DNA of 32,000 bases from Nostoc sp. PCC 7120 = FACHB-418 (GTDB lineage: Bacteria; Cyanobacteriota; Cyanobacteriia; Cyanobacteriales; Nostocaceae). The notes under the pieces were generated by a model. It had not been told where the DNA came from. It ran no database searches and was given only the letters and a program-made list of their open reading frames with translations. Positions 25,828 to 32,000 of this stretch are shown piece after piece (position 1 is the stretch's first letter; each line of letters starts with the position of its first letter). The position numbers and the translations under genes were made by a program. The stretch lies in contig NC_003272.1 in the NCBI RefSeq assembly GCF_000009705.1, positions 4,440,001 to 4,472,000 of the forward strand. Direction: 5' to 3'.

Positions 25828-26997
25828 GTGGAATATAAAAAAGAAAAATTAAATTTAGTATCCGCGTCTATTCTGACCTTAGGTTCTGGTTGGTTTCCTA
25901 CAAATCCAGGAGGTTTGGAAAGATATATTTATGAGTTGACTTATCAATTATCAGCTAATCAAGATAGAGTAGAGCTATGTGGAGTTGGTTTACCAGATAA
26001 TCAATTTCATTTGCCAATTAAACTAACTAACTTAGCATCTCCAGATAGTAAAATTTGGCAAAGGTTTTGGTCTATTCGGAATAATTTTCAGAAAACAAGA
26101 ATAGGCAAACCAGACGCAATAAATTTACATTTTGCTTTATATAGCTTTCCTATTTTAGATATTTTGCCTCAAGGTATACCCATTACTTTTAATTTTCATG
26201 GGCCTTGGGCATCAGAAAGTAAACAGGAATTAGTAAAGAATAAAATCAGTATTTTTTTAAAGCGTCGGCTGATAGAACAAACCACATATAATCATTGCGA
26301 TCGCTTTATTGTTCTCAGTAAAGCATTTGGTAATATATTACACCAGCAATATCAAATTCCCTGGCACAAAATACATATTATTCCTGGCGGTGTGAATATT
26401 GATAAGTTTCAGCCAAATTTATCGCGCCAACAAGCTCGCCAGCAGTTAAATTGGCCTGAAAGCCGTCCTATTTTATTTACATCCAGACGTTTAGTGCATC
26501 GTGTCGGAGTAGACAAACTATTACAGGCATTAGCAATAATTAAACCAAAGCTACCTGATATTTGGCTAGCGATCGCCGGTCGGGGACATCTCCAAACGAC
26601 ATTGGAAAAACAAGCTCAAGAATTGGGTTTAGAGAACAACGTAAAATTTTTAGGTTTTCTCCCAGATGAGCAGTTACCTATCGCTTACCAAGCTGCTAAT
26701 TTAACTGTTATGCCCAGTCAATCTTTTGAAGGTTTTGGGTTAGCAATTACTGAATCTTTAGCTTGTGGTACTCCTGTTCTATGCACTCCCATTGGAGGAA
26801 TGCCAGAAATTTTAACACCATTTTCACCACAGTTAATTACAGCCTCTCCTGAAGCTACTGCTATTGCTGAGAAAATAGCACAGATATTGTTAGAACAAAT
26901 ACCAAAACCTTCAAGAGAAGAATGTCGCCAGTATGCTGTGACTAATTTTGATTGGCAGAAAATTGCTCAACAAGTACGACAGGTAATTTTGGCTTAA
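25828..26997 (+). CDS. Glycosyltransferase family 4 (GT-B, Glycos_transf_1)
   Basis: 389 aa. N-terminal GGLERY motif. The C-terminal donor-binding region is FTSRRLVHRVGVDKLL...FLGFLPDEQLPIAYQAANLTVMPSQSFEGFGLAITESLACGTPV, the E-x7-E type. The start is GTG. Confidence 0.87.
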   Translation: MEYKKEKLNLVSASILTLGSGWFPTNPGGLERYIYELTYQLSANQDRVELCGVGLPDNQFHLPIKLTNLASPDSKIWQRFWSIRNNFQKTRIGKPDAINLHFALYSFPILDILPQGIPITFNFHGPWASESKQELVKNKISIFLKRRLIEQTTYNHCDRFIVLSKAFGNILHQQYQIPWHKIHIIPGGVNIDKFQPNLSRQQARQQLNWPESRPILFTSRRLVHRVGVDKLLQALAIIKPKLPDIWLAIAGRGHLQTTLEKQAQELGLENNVKFLGFLPDEQLPIAYQAANLTVMPSQSFEGFGLAITESLACGTPVLCTPIGGMPEILTPFSPQLITASPEATAIAEKIAQILLEQIPKPSREECRQYAVTNFDWQKIAQQVRQVILA

Positions 26998-27058
26998 CTG
27001 TTGATTGTATACGCAAATAAAAGGGCTACGCAAACAGGAATCAAACTGGATTACTTAT

Positions 27059-28207
27059 ATGAAAATATTATTTTTAGACCAGAGTGGGAAACCAGGTGGT
27101 GCAGAATTGTGTTTAATTGATATTGCTAAACCTTACCGCGATCGCGCTTTGGTGGGATTATTTGCAGATGGCGCATTTAAAACTTTACTAGAGCAACATC
27201 ACATCCCTGTTGAAGTATTCACCAATCAGCCAATTCAAGTCCGTAAGCAAAGTAATTTATTGCAAGCATTTGGCAGTTTGGGACAGCTTGCGCCTCTGGT
27301 GGCTAAAGTCGTGCAGACAGCGCATGAATATGATTTAATATACGCCAATACGCAAAAAGCGTTAGTTGTGGGTGCGATCGCTAGCTTTATCGCTCGTCGT
27401 CCTTTGGTTTATCATTTACATGATATTCTTTCCCCGGAACACTTTAGCCAAACCAACCTGCGGGTTGCAGTTAACTTAGCTAATCGTTTCGCCTCATTGG
27501 TAATCGCCAATTCCCAAGCCAGTCAAACAGCGTTTATCCAAGCTGGAGGACGCGCAGAGCTAACAAAAGTCATCTACAACGGTTTTGACATAAATCTATA
27601 TAAAACTTCTCCATCAGATATTAGTAAATTACGACAACAGTTAGGCGTAGCAAATAATTTTGTAGTTGGACATTTCAGCCGTCTTTCACCTTGGAAGGGA
27701 CAACATATTCTGATTGATGCACTAGCTCAATGTCCGCCACAAGTGACAGCAATTTTGGTAGGTGATGCCCTATTTGGTGAGCAAGACTATGTTAAAGAGC
27801 TACATCAACAAATTACCAGATTAGGGTTAGAAAACCGCGTTAAATTTTTAGGTTTTCGGGCTGATATTCCCCAATTAATGGCGGCTTGTGATTTAGTTGC
27901 TCACACATCCACCGCCCCAGAACCCTTTGGTAGAGTGATTGTTGAAGCCATGCTTTGTGGTAAACCTGTAGTCGCCGCCAAAGCCGGTGGTGCAATGGAA
28001 TTAGTCGAACATGGGGTTAATGGGTTCTTAACTACCCCAGGAGAATCCCAGGAACTAGCCAATATTATTAATACTTGTATTGAAGACACCCAAAAGACTG
28101 CAACTATAGCGAGTAATGCCCAGGCTATTGCTAGTCAACGTTTTGATGTGGTAACAATCAATCAACAAATTGCCGAAACTTTATCATCTTTAGGATTTAC
28201 GCGCTGA
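27059..28207 (+). CDS. Glycosyltransferase family 4 (GT-B, Glycos_transf_1)
   Basis: MKILFLDQSGKPGGAE N-terminus. The C-terminal region is GHFSRLSPWKGQHILIDAL...FLGFRADIPQLMAACDLVAHTSTAPEPFGRVIVEAMLCGKPVV. I moved the start from the tracked 27005 to the ATG at 27059, which gives the canonical GT4 N-terminus. Confidence 0.87.
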   Translation: MKILFLDQSGKPGGAELCLIDIAKPYRDRALVGLFADGAFKTLLEQHHIPVEVFTNQPIQVRKQSNLLQAFGSLGQLAPLVAKVVQTAHEYDLIYANTQKALVVGAIASFIARRPLVYHLHDILSPEHFSQTNLRVAVNLANRFASLVIANSQASQTAFIQAGGRAELTKVIYNGFDINLYKTSPSDISKLRQQLGVANNFVVGHFSRLSPWKGQHILIDALAQCPPQVTAILVGDALFGEQDYVKELHQQITRLGLENRVKFLGFRADIPQLMAACDLVAHTSTAPEPFGRVIVEAMLCGKPVVAAKAGGAMELVEHGVNGFLTTPGESQELANIINTCIEDTQKTATIASNAQAIASQRFDVVTINQQIAETLSSLGFTR

Positions 28208-28307
28208 TAGAATGATAAGTCCTAATTGCGAGCATATTTTGTACTACTGTGTATATACTAGGTCGCAAGCCGGACAACTATGGCATCTTTGAGACTCAAT
28301 TGATTGC

Positions 28308-29814
28308 ATGACAACCTTCCTGACAGACTCCACTGACATCAATAGAATTAATTTCTCCTCAAGACTGAATTTGCATCGTCGCAGAGAACTAGGACAGTTT
28401 TTAACTCCTGCACCACTAGCCCGTTTTATGGTGGGACAATTTAATAGTCTATTGGGTCATATTAGTCTTATAGATCCTGGTGCTGGGGTTGGATCATTAA
28501 CTGCTGCCTTTGTGGAGCGACTGTTGGCAAATTCTCATGAGGTTAAGAGTTGCTTTATTACAGTATATGAAGTTGAACCCATATTTATATTACCTCTAAA
28601 GCAATGCCTTATAGATTGTTGCACCGCTTTAGAAAATAAAGGAATTGCCGCTAATTATTGTTTGTATGAAAAAAACTTCATTGATGCTAATAGTGAAATA
28701 AATTTACCCCTATTATCAACATCTGCCATCAATTTTACCCATGCAATTATCAATCCGCTATACAAGAAGATAAATAACAAATCAATTGAAAAGAAAATAA
28801 TTTCTCAAATGGGAATTGAGACTGTAAATCTATATAGTGCATTTGTTTGGCTGACTATTTTACGACTAGTTGAGGATGGAGAGATAGTTGCAATTACTCC
28901 CAGAAGTTTCTGTAATGGGAGTTATTTTAGACATTTCCGTAAATCTTTTTTAGAACAGATGAAGCTGGAAAAAAATCCAAATTTTCACAAGTCGTTCAGA
29001 AGCTTTTCCGGAATATGAAATTTTACAAGAGAATATTATTTTTCATGCTATTAAAACTACAGAAGATCGTAGTTACGTAGAGATTACTAATAATTTGGAA
29101 GCCCAATCAGATGGGATTTTAGAATTAAGAAATATTCCCTACAACGAAGTTGTGAATGAGAATGATTCAGACAGTTATATTCATATTATTACAAACTCTC
29201 TAGAAGATTCATTGCGAGTGCAAATGGATCAATTCTCATCTACCTTAGATGAACTTGGGTTAGCAGTGTCAACGGGGCCAGTTGTAGATTTTCGCCTCAA
29301 ATCAGCTTTGAGAAATTATGTGAATGAGGAAACTGTTCCATTACTTTACCCAGAAGCAATAAAAACAGGGAAAGTTTTATTTCCGCCAAAAAAGCCGCGT
29401 AAGTCCATCGCCATTGTACAAAATCAAGAAACAGACAAATGGCTAATTCCATCAGGTTGGTATGTTTTGACGAAGCGATTTTCTGCTAAAGAAGAAAAAC
29501 GGCGGGTTGTTGCTGCTGTATGTTCTCCTGTAGATGCACCAGTGTTGGGCATAGAAAATCACCTCAACTACTACCATTCTCAAGGTGAGGGAATGAATCC
29601 CGACCTGGCACGAGGTTTAGCAGCATTTCTCAGTTCAACTTTATTGGATAGTTACTTCCGCCTATTCAGTGGACATACACAAGTAAATGCAACGGATTTG
29701 CGTAGAATTAAGTATCCTTGCAAAGATGATTTAATCAAGCTAGGTAGTCAAATTGGTGATTCTTGCCTTGATCAGGCTCAACTTGATACGGTTGTACATA
29801 AAACTCTATCGATT
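28308..29814 (+). pseudogene. N6-adenine DNA methyltransferase, PstI/BsuBI (Eco57I-like gamma-class) type, interrupted by a +1 frameshift in an A7 run
   Basis: Motif X is GQFLTPAPLARFMV, motif I is LIDPGAGVGSLTAAF, and motif IV reads INPLYKK (NPLY instead of NPPY). The frame stops at 29018. The continuation KIQIFTSRSEAFPEYEILQENIIFHAIK... and the TRD part (...VNATDLRRIKYP) are in the +1 frame, which is open from 28963. The A7 run at 28969-28975 is the only homopolymer in the overlap, and A6 would restore one frame. Confidence 0.75.
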
Positions 29815-30792
29815 ATGAGCGAGGCAATAAAGGCAGTTCTGGCTGCTAAACGAATTGAGGAGGCGTTGGCAATTCTTAAAGATATTTCTGCTCCCAAAGA
29901 GCAACAGAACGAGCGTTCAGCACTTTTCTTACTTGCATTGGCAGATATTCGTCCGGAAATTCCTTGGACTCAAGCTACATCACCAAGACGCAGAATTACA
30001 GAAATGATGGATTGGTTTCGTGATCACTATGGTAAACAATACGCACCGAATACACGCGAAACAGTCAGACGGCAGACGATGCACCAGTTTGTGCAGATGG
30101 GGATAGTTGTTGAGAATCCAGATCAACCAGATCGACCGATTAACAGTCCCAAATGGTGTTATCAACTTCATCAACAATTTGTGACACTGCTTAAATCATA
30201 CGGTTCCGAGCAGTGGGAAGAGACTCGTCGTAATTATGTTATTTCAGTTAAAAACTTATTGCAGGACAGAAATCGAAATATCCCGATGATTCCCGTAAGT
30301 TTGCCTAACGGTCAAGCAATTCAACTATCATCAGGTGGACAAAATATATTGATTAAAGAAATTCTGGAAAACTTTTGTCCCAGATTTACACCTGAAGGTT
30401 TAGTTCTGTTTGTAGGTGATGCTGGAAATAAGTTTATTGTTAATGAGACTCAGAAGTTTCGAGAAATTGGGATCGAGTTAGATCCTCACGGTAAGATGCC
30501 AGACATTGTGGTTTACTACGAACGGCAAGAGTGGCTTGTCTTGATAGAAGCGGTGACTAGTCATGGTCCGGTCAATCTAAAACGTCGCAACGAATTAAAG
30601 CGGCTCTTTCAATCTAGCCGTCAGGGGTTAGTTTTCGTTACTGCTTTCCCCAGTCGCAAGGAAATGACTCGCTATCTTGCTGAAATCTCTTGGGAGACAG
30701 AAGTTTGGGTAGCAGCTCAACCTGATCACATGATTCATTTCAATGGAGAAAGATTTCTGGGACCCTATGAAGACCGAGAAAATAGGTTTTGA
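29815..30792 (+). CDS. BsuBI/PstI-family restriction endonuclease module, in frame with the upstream methyltransferase part (no intervening stop)
   Basis: 325 aa counted from the internal ATG at 29815 (MSEAIKAV...). It has family-typical blocks over its full length: ERSALFLLALADIRP, YAPNTRETVRRQTMHQF, ENPDQPDRPINSPKWCY, and the C-terminal PDIVVYYERQEWLVLIEAVTSHGPV...VFVTAFPSRKEM...ISWETEVWVAAQPDHMIHFNGERFLGPY. The tracked ORF 29095..30792 contains both the methyltransferase C-terminal half and this module. Confidence 0.75.
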   Translation: MSEAIKAVLAAKRIEEALAILKDISAPKEQQNERSALFLLALADIRPEIPWTQATSPRRRITEMMDWFRDHYGKQYAPNTRETVRRQTMHQFVQMGIVVENPDQPDRPINSPKWCYQLHQQFVTLLKSYGSEQWEETRRNYVISVKNLLQDRNRNIPMIPVSLPNGQAIQLSSGGQNILIKEILENFCPRFTPEGLVLFVGDAGNKFIVNETQKFREIGIELDPHGKMPDIVVYYERQEWLVLIEAVTSHGPVNLKRRNELKRLFQSSRQGLVFVTAFPSRKEMTRYLAEISWETEVWVAAQPDHMIHFNGERFLGPYEDRENRF

Positions 30793-30846
30793 GCAATAAT
30801 GTTAGAAGCCCCTAGATTGATTCTGTTCTCGGACTTTTACCCTATA

Positions 30847-31656
30847 TTATTGTGGTGTTTTAACAGGTTTTAAATTTCTCGCTTTATAAAACGTTTCTAG
30901 GCTATCGCGATCGCCTACAAAACGCCAGTGCCAAGGTTCATAACTCACTCCTTGAGAATTATCCATGGGGAAAGACATCTCAAAACCAAAGCGAGCTGCA
31001 TTCGCCTCTAGCCATTTAAAAGCTCTGGTATTTTCAAAAATAGCTTGCAAATTAGTTGTCGGTGCTGCGCCATCCCCAATATCCACCGCGTAACCTGTGT
31101 GGTGTTCACTATGACCAGGGGGAGCGCTGAGGGCTGCTCTTTGGGCTGGGGTTTGATTACGTTGAGCGCCAATAGCAAAAAATAATTGCTCTTGCTCTTT
31201 TACAGAACGAAAGCCGGAAATAGGCATTAAGATGACACCCGCAGTCCGCGCCGCCTGTGCCATTTCTTGGAACCGTTGAGCCGCATTTCTACGCATTCGG
31301 ATGCGTCCATCCCTACTGATTGGCACTAATTCTGACTCTGGAGCCTCTGGGTAAGCCAAATGACCTAGTATAGCTTGCAGATCAGCCGGGTTGCTGGCTG
31401 TAGGCATTGGTGTAGCATCAGCAATAGCTGGTGAAGGCTGGGACTCAGTAGTTTTTTTAGGCGTGGTGATAAAAAAAACAAACCCACTAACAATCGCCAG
31501 TATCACAAACGCACCTACTCCACCCGTCACGAAAATCAGGCGTTGTAAGCGTTGTTTAGGTGTGATACCAGGAGTGTCGCGTAAGGCTACTGGGATATCA
31601 TCACTAAGTTCATCAAATGGATCGCGTGGCTCTCCAGAAAACCCAGCTTTATTCAC
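30847..31656 (-). CDS. D-alanyl-D-alanine carboxypeptidase, peptidase M15B (VanY-like), membrane-anchored
   Basis: 269 aa with an N-terminal TM helix (VGAFVILAIVSGFVFFI). Motifs are SGFRSVKEQEQLF, HSEHHTGYAVDIGD (Zn ligands) and EPWHWRF. Confidence 0.88.
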   Translation of the reverse strand: MNKAGFSGEPRDPFDELSDDIPVALRDTPGITPKQRLQRLIFVTGGVGAFVILAIVSGFVFFITTPKKTTESQPSPAIADATPMPTASNPADLQAILGHLAYPEAPESELVPISRDGRIRMRRNAAQRFQEMAQAARTAGVILMPISGFRSVKEQEQLFFAIGAQRNQTPAQRAALSAPPGHSEHHTGYAVDIGDGAAPTTNLQAIFENTRAFKWLEANAARFGFEMSFPMDNSQGVSYEPWHWRFVGDRDSLETFYKARNLKPVKTPQ

Positions 31657-31757
31657 AGGTCAACTCCTGGTTTTGTGGAACTCTCATAAAAATTGTAGAC
31701 TTGATAAGAATAAGCTTGTTGGGTAGCATTTTACATCTATAATTCTTAGGCGCAACA

Positions 31758-32000
31758 TTGATAAATCTCCTAGAACTATACGTCAAACTTGTCAGCTTAG
31801 TCTTAGTAGGTTTTATTCTGGGACGCAAGCTACCTAGTACAGTTCCTACCCGTCTGGGTCAGTTTCTTTTCTGTGTGGGAGTACCGATAAGTATAGTATC
31901 TTTTCTCCGACAAACTGACTTATCTGGACAAATCTGGATTGCTCCTGCGATCGCATACTTGGCTATTCTACTAGGCGCGTTCTTTGCTTGGCTAGGAATC
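31758..32000 (+). CDS. AEC (auxin efflux carrier) family transporter, 5' partial
   Basis: The frame is open from 31743 to the window end and reads (TTG)INLLELYVKLVSLVLVGFILGRKLPSTVPTRLGQFLFCVGVPISIVSFLRQTDLSGQIW..., typical of the Mem_trans/AEC N-terminus. The start codon is uncertain (TTG at 31758) and the gene is truncated by the window. Confidence 0.6.
   Translation, partial: MINLLELYVKLVSLVLVGFILGRKLPSTVPTRLGQFLFCVGVPISIVSFLRQTDLSGQIWIAPAIAYLAILLGAFFAWLGI

Noticed and set aside
27005-27058. 18-residue N-terminal extension of the second glycosyltransferase starting at a TTG 8 nt after the previous stop.
   Set aside because: The internal ATG at 27059 yields the canonical GT4 start MKILFLDQSGKPGGAE. 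The extension has no counterpart that I recognise.

Overview
This window is chromosomal DNA from a filamentous heterocyst-forming cyanobacterium of the Nostoc/Anabaena type. The taxon call rests on abundant HIP1 octamers (GCGATCGC), STRR heptamer tandem arrays in many intergenic spacers, and a giant Ser/Thr-kinase/His-kinase hybrid gene. The first third is a housekeeping block: tig, an IS110-family insertion, clpP-clpX, an alpha/beta hydrolase, small conserved proteins, an FAD oxidoreductase, a YaaW-like protein and an O-antigen-ligase-like membrane protein. A 2021-aa kinase/STAND-ATPase/GAF/His-kinase protein follows. The rest looks accessory. It holds two tandem MscS paralogs interleaved with three TA-flanked MITE copies, and a P-type ATPase remnant. 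Next come N-acylglucosamine 2-epimerase, a frameshifted membrane-anchored beta-propeller gene, a 0.9 kb ORF-free AT-rich spacer and two GT4 glycosyltransferases. A PstI/BsuBI-type methyltransferase follows that runs without a stop codon into a full-length PstI/BsuBI-type endonuclease module, but is broken by a +1 frameshift. The window ends with a VanY-like peptidase and the start of an AEC transporter. The most interesting items are the fused, frameshifted R-M locus together with an apparent absence of CTGCAG in the window, the candidate IS110 bridge-RNA region, and a strong 125-nt hairpin beside the IS. I found no rRNA, tRNA or CRISPR array. All homology calls come from motif recognition by eye, not from searches.
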